64,000 nucleotides of DNA, taken from positions 658 through 64,657 of the forward strand of contig CAZLHJ010000002.1 of NCBI GenBank assembly GCA_964559675.1, in the 5' to 3' direction. Below the pieces are notes generated by a model. That model had not been told where the DNA came from. It ran no database searches and was given only the letters and a program-made list of their open reading frames with translations. Below, in pieces: positions 31,342-41,438 of the stretch. Origin of the DNA: Candidatus Woesearchaeota archaeon. Lineage in GTDB: Archaea; Nanobdellota; Nanobdellia; Pacearchaeales; GW2011-AR1. The position numbers and the translations under genes were made by a program. Positions within the stretch are counted from its first letter, which is position 1; the number at the start of each line of letters is the position of its first letter.

Positions 31342-32547
31342 ATGGACAAATTAGATTCGATATTTAATTCTTATGTAGAAAATAAATTATTTACTAATAA
31401 GACTGTTCTTCAATCTAATTATACTCCAGACACCATCCCTCATAGAAATGCGCAAATAGAAAGTGTTGCTTCCATACTAGCTCCATCATTACGTGGAGAA
31501 AAAGTAAGTAATTTATTTGTTTATGGGAAAACTGGAAGTGGTAAGACATTAAGTGTTCAACACGTTGGAAACAGAATAAAGGAAAAGATGAAAGAACTCG
31601 GACATGATCATTTAAGATTTTTATACGTTAATTGCAAATTAAAAAAAGTTGCAGACACAGAATATAGGATTATTGCAGAGTTGATAAAAGAATTAGGCGG
31701 GAGTGTTCCAGCTACAGGTTTACCTACAGATGAGGTTTATTCAAGATTCATTGATATGGTAGATAGTAAGAAGCAAGTTATATTATTGGTATTAGATGAA
31801 ATAGATCAAGCTGTTAAGAAAATTTCAGATAATTTCATCTATACATTAACTAGAGTTAATTCAGATTTAAAAAATGCTCAGATTAGCCTGATAGGTATTA
31901 GTAACAGTTTGACATTCATGGATAATTTAGACCCTAGGGTAAAAAGTAGTTTAGGAGAAGAAGAATTAGTTTTTCCACCTTATAATGCTTTACAATTACA
32001 AGATATTTTAAGGGAGAGGGCTGAGAGTGCTTTTAAGGAAGGGATTTTACAGGAAGGAGTGTTGTCTAAATGTGCAGCATATGCTGCAAGAGAGCATGGG
32101 GATGCAAGGAGGGCTTTAGATTTACTAAGGGTAGCTGGCGAGTTAGCCGAAAGAGAGGGCAGTGAGAAAATCAAATTGGAACATATTGATATGGCTAATC
32201 AAAAAATAGAGAAAGATAAGATGTTAGATATAATTGAAAGTGAACCTACACAATTCCAACTAGTTCTTTACTCAATAATGTTATTAACAGAAAATAAAGG
32301 TAAAGATGGAATTTACACAGGAGATGTTTATAGTATGTATGAATCAATATGTAATAAAACAAAAAGTGAAATTTTAACCCAAAGAAGAGTTTCAGATATT
32401 TTATCTGAGTTTGATATGTTAGGTATAATTAATGTGAGTGTAGTAAGCAAAGGAAGACATGGAAGGACTAGAGAAATAAAGTTGATGTTAGCACCCAATA
32501 TAAAAGAAAAGGCCAAAGAAATTTTGGAAAAATCATTACATATATGA
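31342..32547 (+). CDS. cdc6: Orc1/Cdc6 replication initiator
   Basis: AAA+ Walker A YGKTGSGKT, Walker B LVLDEID, the sensor region and a C-terminal winged helix (GRHGRTREI). Confidence 0.9.
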   Translation: MDKLDSIFNSYVENKLFTNKTVLQSNYTPDTIPHRNAQIESVASILAPSLRGEKVSNLFVYGKTGSGKTLSVQHVGNRIKEKMKELGHDHLRFLYVNCKLKKVADTEYRIIAELIKELGGSVPATGLPTDEVYSRFIDMVDSKKQVILLVLDEIDQAVKKISDNFIYTLTRVNSDLKNAQISLIGISNSLTFMDNLDPRVKSSLGEEELVFPPYNALQLQDILRERAESAFKEGILQEGVLSKCAAYAAREHGDARRALDLLRVAGELAEREGSEKIKLEHIDMANQKIEKDKMLDIIESEPTQFQLVLYSIMLLTENKGKDGIYTGDVYSMYESICNKTKSEILTQRRVSDILSEFDMLGIINVSVVSKGRHGRTREIKLMLAPNIKEKAKEILEKSLHI

Positions 32548-32556
32548 GAAAACAAA

Positions 32557-34146
32557 ATGAAACAGGAAATATTAAATGTAGTAAAGGAAAAAGGTATTTT
32601 ATTAGAGAGGGATGTCTTCAATTTAGTTAATAATATAGATGACCCTAAAATAGTTAGGCAATTTTTAGAGAGTTTAGAGTTAGCTTCAACTCAAAAAATG
32701 ATTACTAAAAAATTTATTGAAAGTAATTATGATTATATGAAAGTATTTTTAGCTTCTTTAGAAGATGATAAAAAAGAAATATTCTCTAAATTTTTTAATT
32801 TTAACGAACAAAAAAAAGAAGAAAAAGAAATAGTAGTAAAAAATACGGATAAAAAAGAAGGCTTGGATTATAAAATCTTTTATGCAGACACCAAACCTGA
32901 TAAAAAAATAGATTTGAAGGATTTCGTAGGCCACTTTAGGGCGAGATATAGTGAAATTCAAAGAATTTTGATGGGACGACCTGAATTGAGTACAAATTTA
33001 GTTTCCATAAACAAAATATCAAGTGAAAGGACTAGTTTATCTATAATTGGGATTGTAACTGAGAAAAGAATCACTAAAAATAAGAATATGGTAATTAGTT
33101 TTGAAGATTTAACTGGAAAAATAGGAGGGATTGTCAAAGTAGACAATGAAGAATTATTTTCAAAGGCAGATGAATTACAATTAGATGATATTGTTGGTGT
33201 AAAGGCGTCAGGAAATAGAGATTTGCTTTTTATTCATGATATTATCTTCCCAGATGCATTTTTACACGAGAAGACTAGATTTAATGAGGATATTTCCATA
33301 GCCTTTCTTTCAGATTTACATGTTGGAAGTGATAGGCATTTAGGAAATAGTTTGAATAATTTTCTAAACTGGATAAATAGCGATGATGAGGTTGCTAGAA
33401 AAATAAAATATATTTTTTTTGTAGGAGATAATGTGGATGGGGTAGGGGTTTTCCCAGGTCAAGATAAGGTTTTGAAATTGAAAAGTATGAATGAACAATA
33501 TGGTTTATTGGCTTCTTATTTAAAGAAGATTCCAAAAAATATCACCATGTTTATGTGTCCAGGTCAGCACGATGCAACAAGAGTTCATGAGCCTCAACCA
33601 ATTATCAGTAAAAAATACGCTCCTGATTTATATGAAGTAGAAAATTTAACTTTAGTAACTAATCCTACCTTGGTTAAATTATTAGAGGGTGAAAAAGAAT
33701 TCAAGGTTTTAATGTATCATGGTGCGAGTATTCACAATTACATTAATGAAATTAAAGAGTTGAGGTTAATGAAAGCACATAGGTGTCCAGCAAAAGCAGT
33801 TAAACATATGTTGAAAAGGAGACATTTAGCATCAAGTCATGGTGTGAGTACTAGTATAGTTTATATTCCAAATGCTGAGAAAGATCCGTTAGTTATAAGT
33901 GAAGTTCCAGATGTGTTATGTACTGGAGAAGTTCATAGGTTAGATATAGAAAATTATAATGGCGTGTTGATTGTGACTGGAAGTTGTTGGCAAGCACAGA
34001 CCCCCTTTGAAGAAAAAGTCGGAAATATTCCAGATCCTTGTAAGGTTCCAGTTTTAAATTTGAAAAGTGGGGAATTGAGGATTTTCGATTTCGGAATTGA
34101 AGAAGAAATAAAAAGGAATTATAACGAAGGGAAGGAAGTAAAATGA
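32557..34146 (+). CDS. dp1: DNA polymerase D small subunit (DP1)
   Basis: Calcineurin-like phosphoesterase motifs DLHVGS, GDNVDG, GQHD, YHG and GEVH follow an OB-like region. 529 aa. Confidence 0.9.
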   Translation: MKQEILNVVKEKGILLERDVFNLVNNIDDPKIVRQFLESLELASTQKMITKKFIESNYDYMKVFLASLEDDKKEIFSKFFNFNEQKKEEKEIVVKNTDKKEGLDYKIFYADTKPDKKIDLKDFVGHFRARYSEIQRILMGRPELSTNLVSINKISSERTSLSIIGIVTEKRITKNKNMVISFEDLTGKIGGIVKVDNEELFSKADELQLDDIVGVKASGNRDLLFIHDIIFPDAFLHEKTRFNEDISIAFLSDLHVGSDRHLGNSLNNFLNWINSDDEVARKIKYIFFVGDNVDGVGVFPGQDKVLKLKSMNEQYGLLASYLKKIPKNITMFMCPGQHDATRVHEPQPIISKKYAPDLYEVENLTLVTNPTLVKLLEGEKEFKVLMYHGASIHNYINEIKELRLMKAHRCPAKAVKHMLKRRHLASSHGVSTSIVYIPNAEKDPLVISEVPDVLCTGEVHRLDIENYNGVLIVTGSCWQAQTPFEEKVGNIPDPCKVPVLNLKSGELRIFDFGIEEEIKRNYNEGKEVK

Positions 34147-37100
34147 ATATTGAAGAATATTTTGATAAGATAAGTGTAGATGTTGAAAAACAGTTTGAAT
34201 TAGCGAATAGAGCAAAGGCGATTGGTGTCGACCCAGTAAATAAAGTAGAAGTTCCTATTGCTACAACTTTAGCAGAAAAGGCAATTGGTTTGATTTCTAC
34301 AATTTATCCACAATTAAATGATAAAAAGATTGTTAATAGGATTATAGAGTTAGAAAAAGAATATGGGCAATTAGATACTGCTGTTCCATTTAAAATTGCA
34401 GAAGAGATTGCAAAAGAGAAGTTTTGCAAGTTTAAAGATTTGTTAGAGGCGATGGATGCAGGAATTAGAGTAGGATTTTCTTATATTACATTAGGTGTAG
34501 TTTCAAGTCCAATCGAAGGATTTACACAATTGAAAATAGGCAAGACAAGAAAAGGAGAGGATTACTTGATAGCTTTATTTTCTGGACCTATAAGATCTGC
34601 TGGAACAACTGCAAGTTGCGTAGTTTTAATGTTGATTGATTATTTGAGGGAAGTTTTTGGATTTGCAAAATATGATCCGGATGAAAATGAAGTGAAAAGA
34701 TATGTAACTGAAAATTACGATTATCATGAAAGAGTAAACAATCTTCAATATCTACCAACTGAAGAAGAAATTACTTTTTTAGCTCAAAATATTCCCATAC
34801 AAGTAGCAGGAGAACCTACCGAAGATAAGGAAGTTTCTAATTATAAGGACTTGGAGAGAGTAGAGACTAACTTTATCAGAGGAGGAATGTGTTTAATTTT
34901 TTCAGAAGGATTAGCACAGAAAGCTCAGAAAGGATTGAGGTTATGGAGGAGCGTACAACAAAAAGGTTTTACTGCAACAGGTTGGGAATTCTTAGATAAA
35001 TTTATTGAGATTAAGAATAAGAGAGAAAAAGGAAAAACGGATAGTTCTCCAACATATATAAAAGATTTAGTTGCAGGTAGACCTGTCTTTTCACATCCTT
35101 CAAGAAGCGGAGGATTTAGATTTAGATATGGGAGAAGTAGGAATAATGGATTTTCTGCTGTTAGCGTGCATCCTGCAACCATGACTGTTTCTGGAGGATT
35201 TATTTCAAATGGAACACAATTAAAGGTAGAGAAGCCGACTAAGGGATGTACTGTAAGTGCGTGTGATGAAATAGATGGGCCAATCGTTCGATTAAAAGAT
35301 GGAAGTGTTAAAAGATTGAAAAACCCAGAAGATGGTAAAACTCTCTATTCTAAAATTGACGAAATAATTTATCTGGGAGATATATTATTTACTTTTGGAG
35401 ATGTGTTAAATAGAAATTATAATCTTTTGAAATCTCCTTATGTGGAGGAATGGTGGGATTTAGAATTAAAGAAAAAATGTAAGGAAAAAAATATAGATTA
35501 CGATGATTTGAAAATTGATAAATATCATGTTGATTTTGAACAAGCTTTAGATCTATCTAGGAAGTTAGAAATTCCCTTACACCCAGAATTTATATATTTC
35601 TGGAAAGAAATAACAAAAGAGGATTTGTCTTTTTTAATTGAGTGGATAAGTAAGGGAGAAATAAAAGAAGGGAAATTAATTTTGCCTTATTCTAGAGACG
35701 AAAAGGAACTTTATGGAAAGGCTAAGAGGGCTTTGGAGTTGATAGGGTGTGAACATTTATTTTCAACAGAGAGTTACGTGCTAAATCAAATAGATACGAA
35801 TGCAGTTTTGTTAAATTTAGGGATGGATTCTAAGAATTTCAAAGAGAAATCTAAAGAATTGATAAAAAAATTAAATGAGTTTGAAGGTAGTAATTTAGAA
35901 TTTATTAACGAAATGTCTGAAATAAAAATTAAAGATAAATCCGGGACATTTATCGGGGCGAGAATGGGGAGACCAGAGAAAGCAAAGTTAAGAAAATTAA
36001 CTGGAAGCCCGCACGCAATATTTCCGGTAGGTGAAGAGGGAGGGAGATTGAGAAGTTTTCAATCGGCTGTTGAAGGTCCAGGTTATGTAAAAGCAGAATT
36101 TCCAAACTTTTATTGTGAGAAATGTAATCTTAGAAGTATTTATCCTAAATGTAATATTTGTGGTGATAGATGTATAAAGAAATTTTATTGTTTGGGTTGT
36201 GATAGAGACTATAAAACTCCGTGTGATAAGGAAGGACATAGGAGTTTAGAATATAAAATGGAAAGAGTACCGATAGTAGAATTATTTGATAATGCTAAAA
36301 AGATTGCCAAGGTAAGTGTAGATGAGATTCCAATTGTAAAGGGAGTCAGGGGGACAAGTAGTAAGGATCATAGTTGCGAACATTTAGCTAAAGGGATGTT
36401 GAGGGCAAAATATAATTTGAATGTTAATAAAGATGGGACAATTAGATATGACATGACTGAAATGGTTGTTACTCATTTTAGGCCAAGAGAGATTGGAGCA
36501 AGTGTTGAGAAATTAAAATCTTTAGGTTATGAAAATGATATTTATGGAAATCCTTTAGAGAATGAAGAACAGATGTTGGAAATGTTCCCACACGATATTT
36601 TATTACCTGTTTGTCCAGATACTATGGATGAAAAAGCAGATGAGGTTTTCTTGAAGATTAGTAAGTTTATTGATGATGAATTGGAAAATATTTATGGTGT
36701 TGAAAGAATGTTCAATGCTAAAACGAGAGATGATTTATTAGGGCAATTAGTAGTTTGTATAGCTCCACATATCTGTACTGCAACAGTTGGAAGATTAATC
36801 GGATTTAGTAAGACTCAAGCATTGTTAGCTTCACCATATATGCATGCTGCGATGAGAAGAGATTGTTTCGATTATGATACTTATTTACCTATCAATGAGA
36901 AAGGTAATTGGAAAATTGAAAAAATGGGAGATATTTATGAAAATTTAAATGAGAAAGGTAAGGTTATTGATAATTTCGGAACTATTGAGAAGAGAGTAAA
37001 TGATTTTGAAGCTCTCGGACCAGAAGATAATGATAAAATTTCTAGATTAAAGGTGAATAATTTTACAAAACATACGAAAAAAAAATTGTTGAAGATAAAA

Positions 37101-39035
37101 ACTGCACTCGGGAAAGATATTTCTGTAACTGAGAATCACAAATTTTTAATTGGCGGGAAATTGAAGTTAGCTAGTGAATTGAAAATAGGGGATGAAATTC
37201 CTTGCCCTATTAAATTAGATATTGAAGAGAGAGATATTAAGGAAATTAGAATTTCAGACATTTTGAACAATAAGAAAGACTTGGTGATAAGAGGTATAAA
37301 ACAAATTATTAAGAATTTAAATGCTGACGAGTTGAATGATATTTTATCCAGATGTAAAATATCAAGGAAATCCTTTACAAATTATTTTTTGAGAGATAGT
37401 TTTCCACTAGAATTTGTTTTGAGTATGGATTCTAAATTAAAGGAAAAAGCATTAAACTTTGGAAAGGTATCTAGAAAGAGGGACAGGATAAGCGTTCCAA
37501 ATAAAATAAAGATAAGTGATGAATTATTAGAAGTTATAGGGTTATACATTGCAGAAGGTTATTCTAGAAAAGTTGTGGGGGTTAAAGGCCTTAATCAAGT
37601 GTATATTGCTTCAAATGATGATAAGTTAAGGGAATTTGTAAAAAAAGTCGTTTTTGAACATTTTGGATTAAAACCGAGCGAAAATAAAATTGATAGGGTG
37701 ACCTTTTCGTCAGGTGTTCTGTATTCTTTCTTTATTGAATTTTTGAAAGCAGGATCTAATGCTAGAGAAAAAAGAATTCCAAGTATATTTTTAAATCTTC
37801 CAAAAAAGAGAATAGCTTGTTTACTCAGGGGATATTTTGAAGGAGATGGTTCGGCAGAGAAGAATCGTGCGAATGTTTCATTTGATAGTGTAAGTGAAGG
37901 TCTTTTGAATGATGTTGAGTTTTGTTTATCAAGGTTTGGTATTTTTGTCAAGCGATATGAATATGAAAAAGAACCGGGAGAAATAGTAAAGAAATTTTAT
38001 ATTTCAAAAAAGAGAGAAATACCTAAATTTAAGATTGTTAAAGGAAAAATTTTATCCGATTTTATCAGTAATTTTTATCAGATTGGATTTTTAAGCGAGA
38101 GGAAAAATAAAATTTTAGGAAATTATAGAAAAATGAATCCTTATGGATCCAGAGTAAGAAAAGATAATAATTTTGTTTATAATCCTATAATCTCTATTGA
38201 AGATTTAGGTGAGAAGGAGAGTTATTGTTTGAATGTAGATCATCCAAGACATCTTGTTTATGCAAATGGGTTGATAAGTAAACAATGTGATGGAGATGAA
38301 GCGGCAGCGATGTTTTTGATGGATTTACTTCTTAATTTTTCAAAGAGTTTCTTACCCGCACATAGGGGAGGAACACAAGATGCACCTTTAGTTCTTAATA
38401 CAAGAATTAGAGCGGGAGATGTAGATGATCAAATTTTAGATTTTGAATTAGGAGAGTATCCTCTAGAGTTATACGAATTTTCTGAACAAGGAAAACATAG
38501 TTCAGACATAAAAAATTTAGATACTGTTAAAAAAAGGTTGAAAGATGGAAAAGATCCATTTACTTCTATGTTATTTACTCATAATACTTATGATATAAAT
38601 GGGGGAGTTACAAATACAGCGTATAAATTAATTCCAACAATGGATGAAAAAGTGGATAAACAAATGGAGTTATGTAAGAAAATAAGAGCAGTTGATGTGA
38701 GTGATGTGGCTAGATTAACAATTGAAAGGCACTTTGTGAGGGATACTAGAGGTAATTTAAGAAAGTTCAGTATGCAAGGATTTAGATGTGTAAGTTGTAA
38801 TGATAAATATAGGAGAGTTCCTTTAGCAGGAAAGTGTTTGAAATGTGGTGGGAAGTTATTGTTTACAATCTCGGAAGGAAGTATTTTGAAGTATATGCAA
38901 AAGAGTTTAGATTTAGCGAGAGAATATGATGTAGGTAAATATATTTTAGAAAGCCTTGAACTTACAGAAATGTATATTCATAGTATTTTTGGAAAAGAGA
39001 AAGAAAAACAAGAAGCGCTTGGGAAATGGTTCTAG
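34143..39035 (+). CDS. dp2: DNA polymerase D large subunit (DP2), intein-containing precursor
   Basis: 1630 aa. Zn-finger clusters are CEKCN...CNICG and CVSCN...CLKCGG. The conserved catalytic-region sequence ...MHAAMRRD/CDGDEAA is interrupted by the intein. It overlaps dp1 by 4 nt. Confidence 0.9.
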   Translation: MNIEEYFDKISVDVEKQFELANRAKAIGVDPVNKVEVPIATTLAEKAIGLISTIYPQLNDKKIVNRIIELEKEYGQLDTAVPFKIAEEIAKEKFCKFKDLLEAMDAGIRVGFSYITLGVVSSPIEGFTQLKIGKTRKGEDYLIALFSGPIRSAGTTASCVVLMLIDYLREVFGFAKYDPDENEVKRYVTENYDYHERVNNLQYLPTEEEITFLAQNIPIQVAGEPTEDKEVSNYKDLERVETNFIRGGMCLIFSEGLAQKAQKGLRLWRSVQQKGFTATGWEFLDKFIEIKNKREKGKTDSSPTYIKDLVAGRPVFSHPSRSGGFRFRYGRSRNNGFSAVSVHPATMTVSGGFISNGTQLKVEKPTKGCTVSACDEIDGPIVRLKDGSVKRLKNPEDGKTLYSKIDEIIYLGDILFTFGDVLNRNYNLLKSPYVEEWWDLELKKKCKEKNIDYDDLKIDKYHVDFEQALDLSRKLEIPLHPEFIYFWKEITKEDLSFLIEWISKGEIKEGKLILPYSRDEKELYGKAKRALELIGCEHLFSTESYVLNQIDTNAVLLNLGMDSKNFKEKSKELIKKLNEFEGSNLEFINEMSEIKIKDKSGTFIGARMGRPEKAKLRKLTGSPHAIFPVGEEGGRLRSFQSAVEGPGYVKAEFPNFYCEKCNLRSIYPKCNICGDRCIKKFYCLGCDRDYKTPCDKEGHRSLEYKMERVPIVELFDNAKKIAKVSVDEIPIVKGVRGTSSKDHSCEHLAKGMLRAKYNLNVNKDGTIRYDMTEMVVTHFRPREIGASVEKLKSLGYENDIYGNPLENEEQMLEMFPHDILLPVCPDTMDEKADEVFLKISKFIDDELENIYGVERMFNAKTRDDLLGQLVVCIAPHICTATVGRLIGFSKTQALLASPYMHAAMRRDCFDYDTYLPINEKGNWKIEKMGDIYENLNEKGKVIDNFGTIEKRVNDFEALGPEDNDKISRLKVNNFTKHTKKKLLKIKTALGKDISVTENHKFLIGGKLKLASELKIGDEIPCPIKLDIEERDIKEIRISDILNNKKDLVIRGIKQIIKNLNADELNDILSRCKISRKSFTNYFLRDSFPLEFVLSMDSKLKEKALNFGKVSRKRDRISVPNKIKISDELLEVIGLYIAEGYSRKVVGVKGLNQVYIASNDDKLREFVKKVVFEHFGLKPSENKIDRVTFSSGVLYSFFIEFLKAGSNAREKRIPSIFLNLPKKRIACLLRGYFEGDGSAEKNRANVSFDSVSEGLLNDVEFCLSRFGIFVKRYEYEKEPGEIVKKFYISKKREIPKFKIVKGKILSDFISNFYQIGFLSERKNKILGNYRKMNPYGSRVRKDNNFVYNPIISIEDLGEKESYCLNVDHPRHLVYANGLISKQCDGDEAAAMFLMDLLLNFSKSFLPAHRGGTQDAPLVLNTRIRAGDVDDQILDFELGEYPLELYEFSEQGKHSSDIKNLDTVKKRLKDGKDPFTSMLFTHNTYDINGGVTNTAYKLIPTMDEKVDKQMELCKKIRAVDVSDVARLTIERHFVRDTRGNLRKFSMQGFRCVSCNDKYRRVPLAGKCLKCGGKLLFTISEGSILKYMQKSLDLAREYDVGKYILESLELTEMYIHSIFGKEKEKQEALGKWF
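36864..38285 (+). mobile_element. Intein (474 aa) with LAGLIDADG homing-endonuclease domain inside DP2
   Basis: Starts with Cys (CFDYDTYLPI). Block B is VTENHKF. The LAGLIDADG motifs are VIGLYIAEGYS and LLRGYFEGDGSA. It ends ...HLVYANGLISKQ, followed by the +1 Cys of CDGDE. Confidence 0.85.
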
Positions 39036-39098
39036 TATTGTTACTTTATGGAGGTAACAAATAGAAAGATTTAAAAGGAGTTTTCTATTAATTTTTTT

Positions 39099-39992
39099 AT
39101 GGTAGAAAGAAGTAACTCAAGTGGGGAAAGTGTTAATCAACTTAGATATTCTTTAATTCAAGGAGAATTAGCCTTGAGATTATATGGTGAAATAAAGGAT
39201 TTGGGTTTAGGGCAGATAGATTTAGATAAAGAAGGAACTTTAATTAGAAGTAACCCGTTTATTTCTGCGAGAATAGATACTAGAGTAAGGGAATTGGGTT
39301 TAGGGAAGGTTGTAACTCCTTATGACTTATCTTCTCCAGAAGTTATGGAGATAGTTAGAGGAAGATTTTATTCTGATGCTCCAGCTTTTGTTGTACAAAG
39401 TGCAAGGGATTTAGATAATCCTAAAAATCGAGGATTACTTAATCAAATAATCTCCTTAGTTGAAGAAAGGCAGGGAAGAGTAAAGTTTCCATTTTTAGTG
39501 AAGGGTTTTGATTGTCAGGAACGTTACGAAATAATTCCAAGAGATGATTTTCAAATTATAGAAGATGAAAATTTATCTGGGATATATAATAAAAGTAAAT
39601 TTGATGAAGTTGATGAAAATGGAATTCCTAAGAAATTTGTTAGATTTGGAAAAAGGACTTTCTGGGCGAGAAATAATGGTCTTTCCAGGTTGTGCTTGAT
39701 CAGCGATTTGGGCTTGTACTCCGACTTCGACGGCTTGTCCCTCTCGAACGACAATGGTCGGGTGGTTTTAGTTTCTGGCGAAGCCGGTACGCAAAATTTT
39801 GGGAAGATTAGTGAAGAGGATATAGATAATATTACAGATGTTTCTCACTTGGAGGAGATGATAGCGTATAGGTTTGGGCAATTAGGAAGTTCTGAGTGTA
39901 TAGGAGAATATAGACAAAATATTTTAGATAAATTGACAGATTTACAACAAACCTACAAGCTTTGGACTGGAGAATATTTTAAATTAGACTAA
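39099..39992 (+). CDS. Hypothetical protein with internal GC-rich conserved-looking segment
   Basis: Track ORF, 297 aa. The segment RTFWARNNGLSRLCLISDLGLYSDFDGLSLSNDNGRVVLV is encoded by DNA that is visibly more GC-rich than its surroundings. Confidence 0.5.
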   Translation: MVERSNSSGESVNQLRYSLIQGELALRLYGEIKDLGLGQIDLDKEGTLIRSNPFISARIDTRVRELGLGKVVTPYDLSSPEVMEIVRGRFYSDAPAFVVQSARDLDNPKNRGLLNQIISLVEERQGRVKFPFLVKGFDCQERYEIIPRDDFQIIEDENLSGIYNKSKFDEVDENGIPKKFVRFGKRTFWARNNGLSRLCLISDLGLYSDFDGLSLSNDNGRVVLVSGEAGTQNFGKISEEDIDNITDVSHLEEMIAYRFGQLGSSECIGEYRQNILDKLTDLQQTYKLWTGEYFKLD

Positions 39993-40136
39993 TGTTGTGA
40001 GAGCTAGAATTCCGTTTATTATTAACCAAAGACCAACTATTAAGTTCAATGAACGGGGCCAGACAAGGATTATAATTCCCGCTATAAGGCTAATTATTCC
40101 AGAGAAAATTGCGAAAGGCACATTAATTAATACCAT
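39984..40136 (-). CDS. 50-aa two-TM protein, DUF3096-like (not in the track)
   Basis: MVLINVPFAIFSGIISLIAGIIILVWPRSLNLIVGLWLIINGILALTTLV. The pattern IAGIxILxWPxxLNxIVGxxLIxxG is as I recall for DUF3096. The track ORF 39997..40194 (+) is its antisense shadow. Confidence 0.55.
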   Translation of the reverse strand: MVLINVPFAIFSGIISLIAGIIILVWPRSLNLIVGLWLIINGILALTTLV

Positions 40137-40223
40137 AATTTTTGAAAGTGTTTTGTTTTATATAAATTTATTGTGTTTTGTTTTTACTTCATAATTTGTA
40201 ATGTTTAAAATAGGCAGGTATTA

Positions 40224-41438
40224 TCAAAAAAAATAAAATAAAATTGTTGGTAGAATTAAGCATCCTGTTAGATTAATTCTTTGAGAGTTTGAGTTCAGGG
40301 TGAAAAGGCCAAGAAAAGTTGAGGATGCAAGAACGAGTAAACCGAGAGGATTTGTCAATACGAGGTTTAAAGAAATTAAAATTATTAATGTGATTATTGA
40401 AATTTTGGAATAATTTAATTTTTGTATGTATTTTACTGAAATTGAGGAAAGCTTTAGAGATAGGAAAAAAGCAAAGATGCTCGAAATAATTATTGAGACA
40501 ATTATTAAGATCAAAAGTGATTGTGAGATATTATTTTTAGAGAGTTCAAGTATTGCAGCTGCAGAGCCGGTTCTTGCTCTGGAGATTGAGTAGGCAGAGA
40601 CAAAACTGATTGACATCACCACAGTGTTAATTAAACCTAGGGAAATTAGGAATTTCTTAGGAGAGTTTTCTTTTTGAATCGATGAAGAAATTATTGCTGC
40701 ATGTCCAGAGCTTAGACCAGGGAGAAACGAACATAAAACTGAGATTAATGAGGAAAAAGATAGGTTGATTACGAAGAGATAATTTTTATTTAATATATCT
40801 TTAATTGAATATTGTTTTTGAATTGGTATTGAAGTTTTTTGTTTTATTGAAAAAATAATTGATGAAAGTCCAAATAGTCCTGACAAGAGAGGGAGGAGAG
40901 GTTCCTTTATCGGAAGATTGAGTGAGAAGAATCCGATTATTCCAGAGAGTATGAAAATTAATATTGCAGTAAATATGTTTTTTTGATTAAATAAAATAAA
41001 TAGGGATGTAAAGATTAAGATAAATGGTATGAAAAGTTGAATTGACGAATAAAACTTTGGAGCGACATAAATTATTAAAGGGAAAAATATGAGGGATATT
41101 GGAATTGCCGATATTGATCCTAATATTGTTAGGAGAATGGCTTTGTGTCCTTCTCCATTTTTTAACATTTGATGGCCTGGAAGTAAAGATAAGAAGGAGT
41201 CTTCTTCAGGAGCACCCAGTAATATCGATGGAATAAAATCTATGAATGTGTGAGTTATTGACATCGAAACTATAAATGTAATTAAAGTGGTTGAAGAGGA
41301 ATTTGAAAGAATGGATGTGGCAAGTATTGTTCCTAAGAGAAAAGAGTTTATCGTATTTATATGGAGTCCAGGAGTTAAGCCAGTGATAGTTCCAGCTATT
41401 AATCCGAGTAAAAGTGCAAAGAGAAATTCAATTATCAT
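40224..41438 (-). CDS. Polytopic membrane protein, TctA/DUF112-like
   Basis: About 10 or more hydrophobic helices. GLTPGLHINT and FLPGLSSGHAAI resemble the PGL/PGI motifs of the two TctA half-repeats. The assignment is tentative. Confidence 0.45.
   Translation of the reverse strand: MIIEFLFALLLGLIAGTITGLTPGLHINTINSFLLGTILATSILSNSSSTTLITFIVSMSITHTFIDFIPSILLGAPEEDSFLSLLPGHQMLKNGEGHKAILLTILGSISAIPISLIFFPLIIYVAPKFYSSIQLFIPFILIFTSLFILFNQKNIFTAILIFILSGIIGFFSLNLPIKEPLLPLLSGLFGLSSIIFSIKQKTSIPIQKQYSIKDILNKNYLFVINLSFSSLISVLCSFLPGLSSGHAAIISSSIQKENSPKKFLISLGLINTVVMSISFVSAYSISRARTGSAAAILELSKNNISQSLLILIIVSIIISSIFAFFLSLKLSSISVKYIQKLNYSKISIITLIILISLNLVLTNPLGLLVLASSTFLGLFTLNSNSQRINLTGCLILPTILFYFF

Noticed and set aside
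32790-32840. A-rich run (AACGAACAAAAAAAAGAAGAAAAAGAAATAG) in dp1 as a frameshift or slippage site
   Set aside because: The reading frame stays open through it and encodes a plausible Lys/Glu-rich linker (NEQKKEEKEIVV) between DP1 domains.
39038-39060. 7-bp-stem hairpin TTGTTAC-N9-GTAACAA right after the dp2 stop, as a terminator
   Set aside because: The stem is short and no U-tract follows. Archaeal termination does not need hairpins, so the evidence is too weak to list.
39997-40194. 65-aa plus-strand track ORF
   Set aside because: It is the antisense shadow of a more convincing 50-aa two-TM gene on the minus strand (39984..40136).
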